NCBI GenBank assembly: GCA_965222075.1 | Contig: OZ244937.1 | Span: forward strand, 1,344,001 to 1,408,000 | Direction: 5' to 3' | Source of the DNA: Candidatus Latescibacterota bacterium | Lineage (GTDB): Bacteria; Latescibacterota; UBA2968; GCA-2709665 | DNA: 64,000 nucleotides | Shown here: positions 27,347 through 37,700 of the stretch, in pieces | How positions within the stretch are numbered: position 1 is the stretch's first letter | Layout: each line of letters begins with the position of its first letter | Notes under the pieces: generated by a model | What the model saw: only the letters and a program-made list of their open reading frames with translations | The model's database searches: none | What the model was told of the DNA's origin: nothing | Position numbers and translations under genes: made by a program

Positions 27347-28015
27347 ATGACATTTAGAGACGCGCTTGAACGTGAGATCGCGGCCCAGGGCCTTTCGGTT
27401 GCCGAGGTCGCCCAAAAAAGCGGGCTTTCCAAAGGGGCCATTTACAATATTCTCAACGGCAAGACGGAAGAGGAACGGATTCGTCCGTCGACCCGACGGG
27501 CAATTGCCAGGGGGTGTAACCGGAACATAGAGGTCTTAGAGGACGGGGGCGTCCTTTTTGTCGAGCATGGGCGATCCGGACCTGTGGACGAGCCGGGGGG
27601 GGTGGAACTGCGCCTGGTGCCAGGCCGCCCCTTCTTGGAGGAGCGGTTCTTGAGGGAGCCGTTCGATTGGCTCCACAGTCTGGAAGAAGAGGGGGTGCTG
27701 ACCGGCACCCGAACGGTGGACCGGGTGTTCCAGAAGCGGGAGGAATTTCTCTCCCTGGTGGTGGAGAACCGGGGGCAGGCCGTTGTGACAGAGGTCCGGT
27801 TTGATCTGCGCGTGGCATTTGAGGGTGGGGGGCCTGCCAAACAGTTTTCATCCCGGTTATCCGGCTACGTGCCCTGTGGGGAGCATGTGGAGGAGACCCT
27901 GTTTTTGCAGGCTGGGCCGCCCTATTGTGTGGAATTGCTGAACCCCGTCTTTACGGACCCGGAGGGGCGGACAAAGGAACTCGACGGAGATCTGAAATAT
28001 TTCCATAAAGGGTAA
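27347..28015 (+). CDS. XRE-family HTH protein with uncharacterised C-terminal domain
   Basis: GLSVAEVAQKSGLSKGAIYNILNG. Confidence 0.75.
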   Translation: MTFRDALEREIAAQGLSVAEVAQKSGLSKGAIYNILNGKTEEERIRPSTRRAIARGCNRNIEVLEDGGVLFVEHGRSGPVDEPGGVELRLVPGRPFLEERFLREPFDWLHSLEEEGVLTGTRTVDRVFQKREEFLSLVVENRGQAVVTEVRFDLRVAFEGGGPAKQFSSRLSGYVPCGEHVEETLFLQAGPPYCVELLNPVFTDPEGRTKELDGDLKYFHKG

Positions 28016-28020
28016 GACCG

Positions 28021-30006
28021 GTGATCGAGGCACTCAAGCAGACCAAGCGGATTCGGATTCATAACGATTCTCCCGCCGACCGGGCGCACCATTTTGGGTT
28101 TTCGGTTTATGCGGAGACCTTTGCCAAGCTTATTGCCGATTGCGCCAATCAGACGCCGCTGACGATTGCGATCAGCGGTGCGTGGGGAAGCGGGAAGACA
28201 TCTTTGATGCGGAGCGTCCGGGAGACGCTGGTCAACATTACCCGGGAGGTTGACCGGGCCGGGAGAGACAACGTCTTTCGGCGGTGCCGTACGGTCTGGT
28301 TCAACGCCTGGAAGTATTCCAGCCGGGATGCGATCCTGGTGGCGCTGGTAGAGGAGATTGTGGCCCAGATGGTGGCCGAGGGCCTGCCCCGGCGGCAACT
28401 GGATCAAATGCGCCAGGGGGAAGGTGGCCTGGACTGGACGCGGATCGCCCGGTCTCTGGACGACCTGTTTCAGCAGAGCGGCAGTCCCGAGATGAAAGGC
28501 CTGCTTAAAAACGATACGGAGCTGCTGCGTAACCTTCCGCTGCTGCGGGAGTTCGAGCGGTTTCTGGACCGCCTGATCGGGTGGTCGGTGGCGGGCCACC
28601 CTGCGGGTCCCGGGGAACGGTATGACGATTCGGAGGGGGTGCTGGTTTTTTTTATCGACGACTTAGACAGGTGCCAGCCCAACCGCGTGGTCCGGGTGCT
28701 GGAGACAGTGAAGCTCTTTATGGACCGGCCCGGGTGTGTCTTCGTGCTTGGGATGGATAACGAGATCGTCGAAAAGGCCGTCAAGGCCCAGTACCAGACC
28801 ATTGAGGGGTTTGACGAGCACGCCTATATGGATAAGATCATCCAGCTCCAGTTCAACCTGCCGCCCATCCGGCCGGACCATATTCAGGAATTCATCCGGG
28901 AGGAACTGATTGGCAGGCAGGCTCAGGAGAGTCCGATCCTGCCTTATCTGGAGGATATTTCGGAAACCGTAGAGTCCAACCCCCGAACGGTAAAGCGGTT
29001 TTTAAATACCTTTGCCATTCAAAGAAGCCTGGCGGAGACCCGGGGGCTCCTCAGCGATGGGGTGATGGACGAAGACCTGTTGGCCAAATGGATTATTATC
29101 TCTTTCGCTTTTGAGAAATTTGCAGAGCGGGCGCTTCAGCGCCCGCTTTTGATTGCAGAGCTACAGGAGGCCATCCGGGAGGGGGAGCCCGAGGGGGGGG
29201 TGTTCCCACCCCACCTGCGGGAATTCCTGGAGGATCAGCGGCTGGTGAATCTGCTCAAGCGAGGCAAGCCCTTTCCAACGGATGAAGAGGAGATTTCGGT
29301 TTATACCCATTCAAGCGCGTCCACCCAGCCGCGCCGCGCCCCTCCCGAGGGGTTCGGCCGCACCGAGGCGGAAGGGACCGAGGGGGTGATTCGGGTGGAG
29401 CGGGGCAAATTCCTGATGGGGGATGTGAACCGGACCGCGTTCCTGGAGGCGTTTGAGATCGATTTGTATCCGGTGACCAACCGGCAGTACATGCGGTTCC
29501 TGGACACAACGGGTCACGCTCAGGTTCCCGAGCACTGGCGGGAAGGTACTTATCCCCCGGAAAAGGCGGACCACCCGGTGGTGAATGTGAACTGGCACGA
29601 TGCGATGGCCTACGCCAAATGGCTGGGCAAGCGGTTGCCCACCGAGCAGGAGTGGGAGAAGGCGGCCAGGGGACCCAACGGGCGGATTTACCCGTGGGGC
29701 AATGCCTTTAACCGGGTCAACTGTAACAGCCGGGAGCTGGAATTACAGGGGACGACGGCCGTCATCCAATTTCCCAATGGGGCAAGCCAGTACGGCTGTT
29801 ACGATATGTCGGGAAATGTGTGGGAGTGGACAGACACCAACGCGTTCGACAGTGAGGAGGCCAAGGTCATCCGGGGTGGGAGCTGGGCGAGTCACCAGGA
29901 GGGCATGCGCGCCACAACCCGGGCATATGAGCGCGCCGAGCGGCGTCGGCGGGATGTCGGGTTTCGGTGCGCCCGCGGTGTGAATTCGCCCAGGGTAAAG
30001 AGGTAG
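28021..30006 (+). CDS. KAP-family P-loop NTPase fused to FGE-sulfatase (SUMF1-like) domain
   Basis: GAWGSGKT, WFNAWKY, FIDDLDRC, NPRTVKR; HPVVNVNW, RLPTEQEWEKAARG, DMSGNVWEW, RGGSW, GFRC. Confidence 0.85.
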   Translation: MIEALKQTKRIRIHNDSPADRAHHFGFSVYAETFAKLIADCANQTPLTIAISGAWGSGKTSLMRSVRETLVNITREVDRAGRDNVFRRCRTVWFNAWKYSSRDAILVALVEEIVAQMVAEGLPRRQLDQMRQGEGGLDWTRIARSLDDLFQQSGSPEMKGLLKNDTELLRNLPLLREFERFLDRLIGWSVAGHPAGPGERYDDSEGVLVFFIDDLDRCQPNRVVRVLETVKLFMDRPGCVFVLGMDNEIVEKAVKAQYQTIEGFDEHAYMDKIIQLQFNLPPIRPDHIQEFIREELIGRQAQESPILPYLEDISETVESNPRTVKRFLNTFAIQRSLAETRGLLSDGVMDEDLLAKWIIISFAFEKFAERALQRPLLIAELQEAIREGEPEGGVFPPHLREFLEDQRLVNLLKRGKPFPTDEEEISVYTHSSASTQPRRAPPEGFGRTEAEGTEGVIRVERGKFLMGDVNRTAFLEAFEIDLYPVTNRQYMRFLDTTGHAQVPEHWREGTYPPEKADHPVVNVNWHDAMAYAKWLGKRLPTEQEWEKAARGPNGRIYPWGNAFNRVNCNSRELELQGTTAVIQFPNGASQYGCYDMSGNVWEWTDTNAFDSEEAKVIRGGSWASHQEGMRATTRAYERAERRRRDVGFRCARGVNSPRVKR

Positions 30007-30052
30007 GGAAGATGGGGCGTGCGCGCACCTTTCAGAACTTGGAGAGATCCTT

Positions 30053-31552
30053 ATGTCCTGGTTGCAGACCACCTTATTGATTGTTTACAGTATCGCACTG
30101 GGCCTGCTTCTGCTCTACAGCCTGCACCGGCATCTGCTGGTGCGGCTTTATTATAAGCATCGGAAGGTGCGGCCGATCCCTGCCGGGGCTTTTGAGACAT
30201 TGCCCCGGGTGACGGTTCAGCTTCCGATCTTCAATGAGCTCTACGTTGCCGAGCGGCTGATCCGCGCGGTGGCCGAGATCGATTATCCCCGCGAGCTGCT
30301 GGAGATCCAGGTCCTGGACGATTCGACCGATGAGACGACGAAAATAGCTGGGCGCTGTGTCGCAGAACTCCAAAGACAGGGCCTGGATATTACCTGTTTA
30401 CACCGCAGCGAGCGGACCGGGTTCAAGGCCGGGGCGCTGGAGGGGGGGCTGAAGGTGGCCAGGGGGGAGTTCGTGGCGGTTTTTGACGCCGATTTTGTGC
30501 CCCCGCCGGATTTCCTGCGGAAGACGCTTCCCTATTTTGACCGTGACGTGGGGATGGTCCAGGCCCGCTGGGGGCATCTCAACCGGGATTATTCCCTGCT
30601 GACCCGGGTGCAGGCCATTTTTCTGGACGGGCATTTTGTGATGGAGCACGGCGCCCGGAGCCGTTCGGGGATGTTTTTCAACTTTAACGGGACGGCGGGG
30701 ATCTGGCGCCGGCGATCTATTGAGGATGCAGGCGGCTGGCATCATGAGACCATCACGGAGGATCTGGACCTGAGCTATCGGGCGCAGTTGGCCGGATGGC
30801 GGTTTGTGTTTTTAGACGACATGGTCTGTCCGGCAGAGGTTCCCGTGGAGATGAATGCCTGGAAATCGCAGCAGTTCCGGTGGGCGAAAGGGTCAATGCA
30901 AACGGCCAAGAAGCTGCTGCCCCGCCTGCTGAAGAGTCAAATTCCGGGACGGGTCAAATTGGAGGGGGTCATTCATTTGACGGCCAATTTTTCCTATTTT
31001 CTGATGGCCCTGGTGGCGCTTCTGATCTTCCCGGCGGTACTTTCCCGGCAGGATTTCGGATGGTACAGGATTTTTGTGGTGGATCTGCCCCTGTTTATGG
31101 CGGCTACAGGGGTGGTCTCCCGGTTTTACATCCACTCGCAGAAAGAGATCTATGCCGATTGGAAGACGAGGCTCAAATATATGCCCTTTGTGCTTGCCTT
31201 CGGGATGGGGATTTCCCTGAACAATGCCCGGGCCGTGCTGGAAGCCCTGGTGGGCCGTGAGACGGAATTTCGGCGTACCCCCAAGTACCAGGTTGTAGAT
31301 CGGCGGGATACCTGGAGGGGCAAGCGCTACGCTGTTCCCAGGAATCTGCTTTCCTTTCTGGAGGTGGCCGTGGGGCTTTATTTCTGCTGGGTCATCGGGT
31401 TTTCGGTGTACCACGAGATCTATTTCCCCGTTCCCTTTTTGATCCTGTTCGGTTTCGGTTTCTTCTACGTGGGCTGGATGTCCCTTTTTCAGGGGTGCCT
31501 GGAGCGGCTTCGACCCCGGTCTACAAAGGTAGAGACCACAGCGGCCGATTGA
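30053..31552 (+). CDS. Membrane GT2 glycosyltransferase (cellulose synthase/CslA-like)
   Basis: QLPIFNE, LDDSTD, KAGAL, FDADF, TEDLD, QQFRW, TM segments. Confidence 0.88.
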   Translation: MSWLQTTLLIVYSIALGLLLLYSLHRHLLVRLYYKHRKVRPIPAGAFETLPRVTVQLPIFNELYVAERLIRAVAEIDYPRELLEIQVLDDSTDETTKIAGRCVAELQRQGLDITCLHRSERTGFKAGALEGGLKVARGEFVAVFDADFVPPPDFLRKTLPYFDRDVGMVQARWGHLNRDYSLLTRVQAIFLDGHFVMEHGARSRSGMFFNFNGTAGIWRRRSIEDAGGWHHETITEDLDLSYRAQLAGWRFVFLDDMVCPAEVPVEMNAWKSQQFRWAKGSMQTAKKLLPRLLKSQIPGRVKLEGVIHLTANFSYFLMALVALLIFPAVLSRQDFGWYRIFVVDLPLFMAATGVVSRFYIHSQKEIYADWKTRLKYMPFVLAFGMGISLNNARAVLEALVGRETEFRRTPKYQVVDRRDTWRGKRYAVPRNLLSFLEVAVGLYFCWVIGFSVYHEIYFPVPFLILFGFGFFYVGWMSLFQGCLERLRPRSTKVETTAAD

Positions 31553-31689
31553 GAGAAAAAGCAGAAATCTCTCTGGGCAGGTAGGCAGGCAAGACCGGGT
31601 CAGATTTTCACGTAAAAAAGGGGTATAATAGACATTATGTAAACTTACCCTTTAAAAACCGGCTTTTCTCGATCTCCTTTCCTTCCGCG

Positions 31690-32358
31690 TTACCCCAGAA
31701 AGCTGTCTCTTCGGTACTTCGCTTGCAGGCTTTTCATCTCCTTGTGGCATCTGTCAATTTCTTCCTGGCGGGTCTTTAGATTCTGCGCATATTCCCGATT
31801 TTGCTCCTGGAATGTCCGGAGACTTTCTGCCTGTTCTTTTTCAATTTGACGCATCCGGTCCAGTTCCCGCCGGAGCCAGTCGGTCTCCAAAAGCGCCTGT
31901 TTTTCGTTTTTCCTGGCATCTTTAAGCTCATCTCGCAAACGATCCAGGTCTTCCTTGTTTTTTCGTGCCTCCGTCCATCCCGATGCCGACGAACTTTCAA
32001 GCTGGCCCAGCCGTTCATTTAAGATCTTGAGTTCGGCTCTAAGTTCTTTTACCTGAATTTCCGCATATTCAAGCCGTCCTGCACGCTGCTGGAAGCTGTC
32101 GTATTCTTCCTGTGAAACGGATATTACGGGTTCTTTTTGGAGTTGTTCGGGTTCGGAATATTTCAATCTTTTTCCATATTTTTTATAATATATTTCTATA
32201 ATTTTTTTATATTGAATTCTCCAGGCCCCGTTCCATTTTTCGGCATCCAATATGCCTTTTTCAATATAATTTCTTATGGTCTTATCTGTTACTTTTAAAG
32301 CATTTGCAGCTTGTCTTATGTTTAAATAGCGTTGAATCCCTTCACCTTGTACAGACAT
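31690..32358 (-). CDS. HTH_17/MerR-like DNA-binding protein with long coiled coil
   Basis: YLNIRQAANALKVTDKTIRNYIEKG..AEK..GAWRI followed by a charged heptad-rich region; AT-rich. Confidence 0.7.
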   Translation of the reverse strand: MSVQGEGIQRYLNIRQAANALKVTDKTIRNYIEKGILDAEKWNGAWRIQYKKIIEIYYKKYGKRLKYSEPEQLQKEPVISVSQEEYDSFQQRAGRLEYAEIQVKELRAELKILNERLGQLESSSASGWTEARKNKEDLDRLRDELKDARKNEKQALLETDWLRRELDRMRQIEKEQAESLRTFQEQNREYAQNLKTRQEEIDRCHKEMKSLQAKYRRDSFLG

Positions 32359-32439
32359 AAGAACCTCTTCTGAAGATTCTGGATTTTTCTATTTATTTTC
32401 CATTAATTTTATATTTATATAAAGTTAAGTATTTTCAGG

Positions 32440-35157
32440 CTATGCTGCGCCCAATGCAGCCGCTATGAGATCTTCGCTTACCGGTAAACAGAACCGCATC
32501 GCTGTAAATTTCTCTCTGAATTTGGAAATACTCCCCCCCAATCCTCTGTTTTTCAGGATGATATCCGACATATATCCGGCCAGTTCCTGGAAATCGTCCT
32601 TTTGCATCCCAAATCTCGTCATTTCCTGGACCCCCAGGCGGATCCCGCTGGCATCTGAAAAGGATACATCGCCTGGAAGGGCCTGATAATTCGTGATCAC
32701 GTTGTTTTCTTCGAGTCTCCTGGCGACTTCAGCGCCTTTACCGCGCCCCACGTTCAGAATCACCTGGTGCGTTTCCGTATAATCCACGGAAGGATCGCCC
32801 TCAACAGACAGACCGCTTTCACTGAGGGCCCTGGCAAAAGCTTTCGCATTGGCCATAACCCGCGCCTGATAGTCGTCCTTGAAGGCCATCATTTCATAAG
32901 AAGCGCCCAGCAGCGCCAGGAGCGTTCCCAGGTGATGGTTGCTTACGTCTCCGGGAAACACTTCGGTTACGATCCGCTCCCACAGCGGCCTGTAAAAGGT
33001 GGATTCGGACATCCTGCTGGCGATAACACCTCTCTGCGGCCCAAAAAAGGTCTTATGCGTCGATCCGGTGACGATGTCGGCGCCCTCTTCGAAAGGCTTC
33101 TGAAAGTGCGGGCCCACCAATCCCAAAACGTGCGCCATATCGTACATGAGAATGGGCCGATCCTCCCTGTCTGCCGCGAATGCTGCGATCTCTTTCACAG
33201 GCTCGGGATGCAGCACCATACTCTTGCCGAATATCGCCAGCTGCGGGCTATATTCTTCGATCAGCGTCTTTGTCTTTTCAACGTCAATTCGATAGGGGTT
33301 ATCCTCCTGGACAGGAAAATGAACGACCGCAGGCCGTTCTGTCCTGGAATCGTGCCGCACAAAGTGCCGCAATGCGCCCATGTACTGGGCGCTTAAGTGC
33401 CCTCCCCTACCCAGGTGATTGCTTATCACATAGCCCAGTCTTTCAGGTTCGCCCCGTCCAAACCGGTTCATATAATCCACCAATCCCGAAAAAACAGACT
33501 TGTTGGCCATCTGTCCCGAAACGGGCCTCACTTCAACTTCGGAGCACCCCAGATACGCCCTGAGAACGGCCTGGGCAGCCTCTTCAACCCATTCAATAAA
33601 TCCGGTCCCCTGATAGTAAAAAACATCCTTTGCAACCTTTCCAAACGCTTTTATCGTCTTGTGCTCGGCATATCTGGCGGCCGGGTCCAGGATTGAAAGC
33701 AGCCTGACAAAGCGCGAGGGGGTCTGCTCCGAAGGAATCAGGTTTATCGCTCCCGACTGCCTGAGCTTCGTATTTTCAACCGCCCGCGCTGACAATTCTT
33801 CTGCCCCGGGCAGCTGGTTGACACCATACCGAAACCTTCTTGCTTCAGGGTGGATAATCACCCTGGAATACGGGGGCGCAGCCTCCAGGTTGCTCCTGAC
33901 CACGATTGCAGGCACAAAACGGCTTCTGGATTTCCGGATTTCTAAAAACTGGCCCGATTTGCCGGATACGATGGCCGAGTCGATATAGGCGATGGCAATC
34001 GCCCTCCTGTCCTGCGCTTCGCCCGGCGCAGAATATAACCCCGATCCCCCAAACCGCAGATAAGGGACAATCGTACCGCTTGTCACCCACCCAACGGGGC
34101 TTTCATCCAGGTAGACCTCGTCCCCTTGTCTTGCAGAACTGATCCCCGGTCCGGTCCGGTTCCCATTCAGAATCGCGATCTGCCGAATAAACCTGGGCAC
34201 AACCCTCTCGTGGAAAGGCTTCGTGAACTTCCCCCCTGCCCTCAACCTTTCGACAACTTCCTCGTTCTGCGCTATTAATGCGCCTTTTCCGATATAATCT
34301 CCTTTATCCACCGCAAAACTCGTGGATTTTCTGCCCAGCGAAAGCGCACAGATCGGAATGGGGTCTCCATTGGGGTCCTCACCCAGTTCATGCCCGTACA
34401 GGGGCAATCCGAATTCTAATCTCAGGGTATCTCTTGCGCCCAGCCCGACAGGAACAACGCCGTGCCCCTCGCCTCGCTTGAGAATCTGTTCCCACAGGGG
34501 CAAGGCGTTCGATCGCTCTGAGAAGAGCTCAAAGCCCACAGGCTCTCCTGTATACCCTGTCCTGGCAACAATGACAGCACTTCCGTTTATTCTGACGAAC
34601 GATAGCATATTCTTAAACGGTTCCGGCAGCCTTCCCGAATTCCCATTCAGGCCCAGTATTTCTTCCAGAATCAACGCTGCTTTTGGACCCTGCAGAGCCA
34701 TCATCGCAAGGTCCTCGCTCTTATCCGTGAACACGATATTGGGGAATTTGGGGCGGAACTGATCCAGCCACTGCCAGTCTTTCTCCCGGTTGGCCGCATT
34801 CACCACCAGCATATATTCACCTTGCCCTACCCGGTATAAATACGCATCATCTATGGCACCCCCGTTTTCGTCCGGAATGAGGGTATACTGCGCCTTCCCG
34901 ACTTCGTTCAGGGCAAGCGCATTATTGGTTGTTAGATACTGCAAAAAGGGAATCGCATCGCCTCCGGACACAAAAAATCTGCCCATATGGCTGATGTCGA
35001 ACAGCCCGGCGTTCATTCTCGTCGCGATGTGTTCGGAGAAAATGGTCTTGTACTGGATTGGCATGTCAAATCCGCCAAATCCGAGGGTCTTTGCCCCGGC
35101 GCTCACATGCCAGTCGTAAAGAACGGTCTTTTTCAGTTCATCCTCCTGTGAACTCAT
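32440..35157 (-). CDS. gcvT: Fused aminomethyltransferase GcvT + serine hydroxymethyltransferase
   Basis: GLFDISHMG, ARTGYTGE, LGARDTLRLE; then NLIPSE, GGHLS, DMAHVLGL, STHKTFFGPQRG, SGIRLG. Confidence 0.88.
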   Translation of the reverse strand: MSSQEDELKKTVLYDWHVSAGAKTLGFGGFDMPIQYKTIFSEHIATRMNAGLFDISHMGRFFVSGGDAIPFLQYLTTNNALALNEVGKAQYTLIPDENGGAIDDAYLYRVGQGEYMLVVNAANREKDWQWLDQFRPKFPNIVFTDKSEDLAMMALQGPKAALILEEILGLNGNSGRLPEPFKNMLSFVRINGSAVIVARTGYTGEPVGFELFSERSNALPLWEQILKRGEGHGVVPVGLGARDTLRLEFGLPLYGHELGEDPNGDPIPICALSLGRKSTSFAVDKGDYIGKGALIAQNEEVVERLRAGGKFTKPFHERVVPRFIRQIAILNGNRTGPGISSARQGDEVYLDESPVGWVTSGTIVPYLRFGGSGLYSAPGEAQDRRAIAIAYIDSAIVSGKSGQFLEIRKSRSRFVPAIVVRSNLEAAPPYSRVIIHPEARRFRYGVNQLPGAEELSARAVENTKLRQSGAINLIPSEQTPSRFVRLLSILDPAARYAEHKTIKAFGKVAKDVFYYQGTGFIEWVEEAAQAVLRAYLGCSEVEVRPVSGQMANKSVFSGLVDYMNRFGRGEPERLGYVISNHLGRGGHLSAQYMGALRHFVRHDSRTERPAVVHFPVQEDNPYRIDVEKTKTLIEEYSPQLAIFGKSMVLHPEPVKEIAAFAADREDRPILMYDMAHVLGLVGPHFQKPFEEGADIVTGSTHKTFFGPQRGVIASRMSESTFYRPLWERIVTEVFPGDVSNHHLGTLLALLGASYEMMAFKDDYQARVMANAKAFARALSESGLSVEGDPSVDYTETHQVILNVGRGKGAEVARRLEENNVITNYQALPGDVSFSDASGIRLGVQEMTRFGMQKDDFQELAGYMSDIILKNRGLGGSISKFREKFTAMRFCLPVSEDLIAAALGAA

Positions 35158-35200
35158 GTTGCCTCCCTGACTGACGATACGGAACAAGACCGGCAGTCCG

Positions 35201-37648
35201 TCATACGACCACGTTCACCAGCCGGTTGGGCACTACGATCACCTTCCTGGGCGACTTGCCCTCCAGGTGTGCCTGGACGTTCTCCTGCGCCAAGGCCAGG
35301 CGCTCGATATTCTCCTGGGGCGCGTCGATCTCCACCTCGAAACGCGCCCGCACCTTGCCGTTGACCTGCACCGGCATCTCGATCGTCGCCGGGCGGGCCA
35401 GCGCCTCGTCCCATTCGGGCCAGGCCTGCTCGTGCACGCTGAACTCCCCCCCGATCCGCTCCCAGAGCTCCTCCGCTAAGTGGGGCGTCATCGGGGCCAG
35501 GAGCAGCACGAGCGTCCGGATCGCCTCCGTCCAGGCCTCCGTCTTGACGGCCGGCGTAGCTTTCGCCCGACCCAGCCCGTTGGTGAACGTCATCAGCGCG
35601 GCAACCGCCGTGTTGAAGGCGAACGCTTCCAAGTCCTTCGACACCTTCTTCACCGTCTGGTGCATCAGCCGCTTCAGGGCGTCGATATTGGCCTCCGTGG
35701 CCTGGCCCTCAACCTCCGGCGGGTGCCCGACCACCAGCGACCAGACACGGTTCAAAAACCTCGGCGTGCCTTCCATGCTGGAAGAGCTCCACGGCCCGCC
35801 CTGGTCCCACCGGCTGAAGAACATCAGGTAGGTGCGCACGCTGTCTGCACCATAGCGGTCCACCCACTCGTCCGGATTAATCACATTCCCCCGGGACTTG
35901 CTCATCTTTTCGGAGTCCTCGCCCAGGACAATTCCCTGATTGTAGAGCCGGACCATCGGTTCGTCGTCGTCCACCAACCCCATGTCCCGCATCGCCTTGG
36001 TGAAGAACCGGGTGTAGAGCAGGTGCATTGTGGCATGTTCGATGCCGCCTGTGTACTGGTCCACCGGCAGCCAGTAGTCCCCCTCCTTCGGATCGAAGGG
36101 CCCCTGGCCGTAATGGGGACTCAGATAACGATATTGATACCACGACGAACACATGAAGGTATCCATCGTATCGGTCTCCCGAACGGCATCTCCACCGCAT
36201 TTCGGGCAGGTTGCATGAAGAAAGCCCTCGTGATATTTCAGGGGGGACTCACCGGTGGGCAGGAACGCGGCGTCTTCTGGCAGCAGCACCGGCAGATCTT
36301 CCTCAGCGACGGGAACTGTTCCACACGCAGAACAATAGATAATGGGGATGGGACACCCCCAGTAGCGCTGGCGGGAGATCAGCCAGTCGTGCAGCCGGTA
36401 GTTGACCTTGCGCTCCCCGATGCTCCGGGCCTCCAGGTCGTCGGCCACGGCCTCCCAGCCCTCCTCTGAGGAGAGCCCGTCGAACCGGCCGGAGTTGACC
36501 ATCCTGCCCGGATCGATATAGGCTTCCACTGGAGGGTTGCCGTCCCAATCGGACGGGGCGATGACCACCCGGATCGGCAGGTCGTAGCGTTTGGCAAAAT
36601 TGAAATCCCGCTCGTCGTGCGCCGGCACGGCCATAATCGCTCCCGTCCCGTAGGTGGTCAGCACATAGTCCGCAATGTAGATCGGGACCTCCGCGTCGTT
36701 CATGGGGTTGATCGCATAGGCCCCGGTGAACACGCCGTCCCGTGCCCTGTCTATCGACAACCGTTCGATCTCGGACCGGCGCAGGGCCCCGGCCGTGTAG
36801 GCCTCTACTTCCAGGCGCTGGTCTTCGGTGGTGATCCTGGCCACCAGAGGATGCTCGGGAGCCAGCACGGCGAAGGTCATGCCAAATGTGGTGTCCGGCC
36901 TTGTGGTGAACACCCGGAATCCCTCTTCCTGGCCCTTGACGCGCATCTCGAACTCGACGCCCTCGCTCCGGCCGATCCAGTTGTTCTGCATGGTCACCAC
37001 CCGATCCGACCAGTCGATCTTGGAAAAGTCCAGGAGTTCTTCGGCGTAGTTTGTGATGCGCAAGAGCCACTGATCCAGCTCTTTCACAACAACCGGGGTC
37101 TCGCACCGCTCGCAGTGCCGGTCCTCGCCCTGGACCTGCTCCCGGGCAAGCGTCGTATTGCAGCTTGGGCACCAGTCTACCGGGGCCTTCTGCCTGTAAG
37201 CCTGGCCGTGTTTGTAGAACTGGAGGAACAGCCACTGCGTCCAGTGGTAATATTCGGGCACACAGGTGATCGCTTCCCGGTCCCAGTCGAACATCGTGCC
37301 CATCGTTTTGAGCTGCTCCCGCATCTGTTCAACGTTGTCCATCGTCCACTTGAACGGGTGAACACCCCGCTGGATGGCTGCATTCTCGGCGGGCAACCCG
37401 AACGCGTCAAAACCGATGGGAAAGAGCACGTTGTAGCCCTGCATCCGCATAAACCGCGCCCGGACATCGGAGGGGGCTATCGCATACCAGTGTCCGATAT
37501 GGAGGTCGCCCGAGGTATAGGGCAGCATCGTCAGCGCGTAGTGTTTGGGGCGGTCCCCGTCAACCGCGCTTCTGTAAAGCCCGGCCTCTTTCCAGCGCTT
37601 CCGCCATTTCGTCTCAATTGAGGAAAAGTCGTACCCACTGTCTGCCAT
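35201..37648 (-). CDS. leuS: Leucine--tRNA ligase
   Basis: HIGH, FTTRPDT, DWLISRQRYWG, KMSKS; start ATG 37648. Confidence 0.95.
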   Translation of the reverse strand: MADSGYDFSSIETKWRKRWKEAGLYRSAVDGDRPKHYALTMLPYTSGDLHIGHWYAIAPSDVRARFMRMQGYNVLFPIGFDAFGLPAENAAIQRGVHPFKWTMDNVEQMREQLKTMGTMFDWDREAITCVPEYYHWTQWLFLQFYKHGQAYRQKAPVDWCPSCNTTLAREQVQGEDRHCERCETPVVVKELDQWLLRITNYAEELLDFSKIDWSDRVVTMQNNWIGRSEGVEFEMRVKGQEEGFRVFTTRPDTTFGMTFAVLAPEHPLVARITTEDQRLEVEAYTAGALRRSEIERLSIDRARDGVFTGAYAINPMNDAEVPIYIADYVLTTYGTGAIMAVPAHDERDFNFAKRYDLPIRVVIAPSDWDGNPPVEAYIDPGRMVNSGRFDGLSSEEGWEAVADDLEARSIGERKVNYRLHDWLISRQRYWGCPIPIIYCSACGTVPVAEEDLPVLLPEDAAFLPTGESPLKYHEGFLHATCPKCGGDAVRETDTMDTFMCSSWYQYRYLSPHYGQGPFDPKEGDYWLPVDQYTGGIEHATMHLLYTRFFTKAMRDMGLVDDDEPMVRLYNQGIVLGEDSEKMSKSRGNVINPDEWVDRYGADSVRTYLMFFSRWDQGGPWSSSSMEGTPRFLNRVWSLVVGHPPEVEGQATEANIDALKRLMHQTVKKVSKDLEAFAFNTAVAALMTFTNGLGRAKATPAVKTEAWTEAIRTLVLLLAPMTPHLAEELWERIGGEFSVHEQAWPEWDEALARPATIEMPVQVNGKVRARFEVEIDAPQENIERLALAQENVQAHLEGKSPRKVIVVPNRLVNVVV

Positions 37649-37700
37649 TTGTTCCTCGCTTTTTAAGCAGAAAAAAATCACCTTTGCGCTTTCACGGTCT

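Noticed and set aside
29860-29980. DGR variable region in the FGE/C-type-lectin-fold domain
   Set aside because: No template repeat or reverse transcriptase seen in the window
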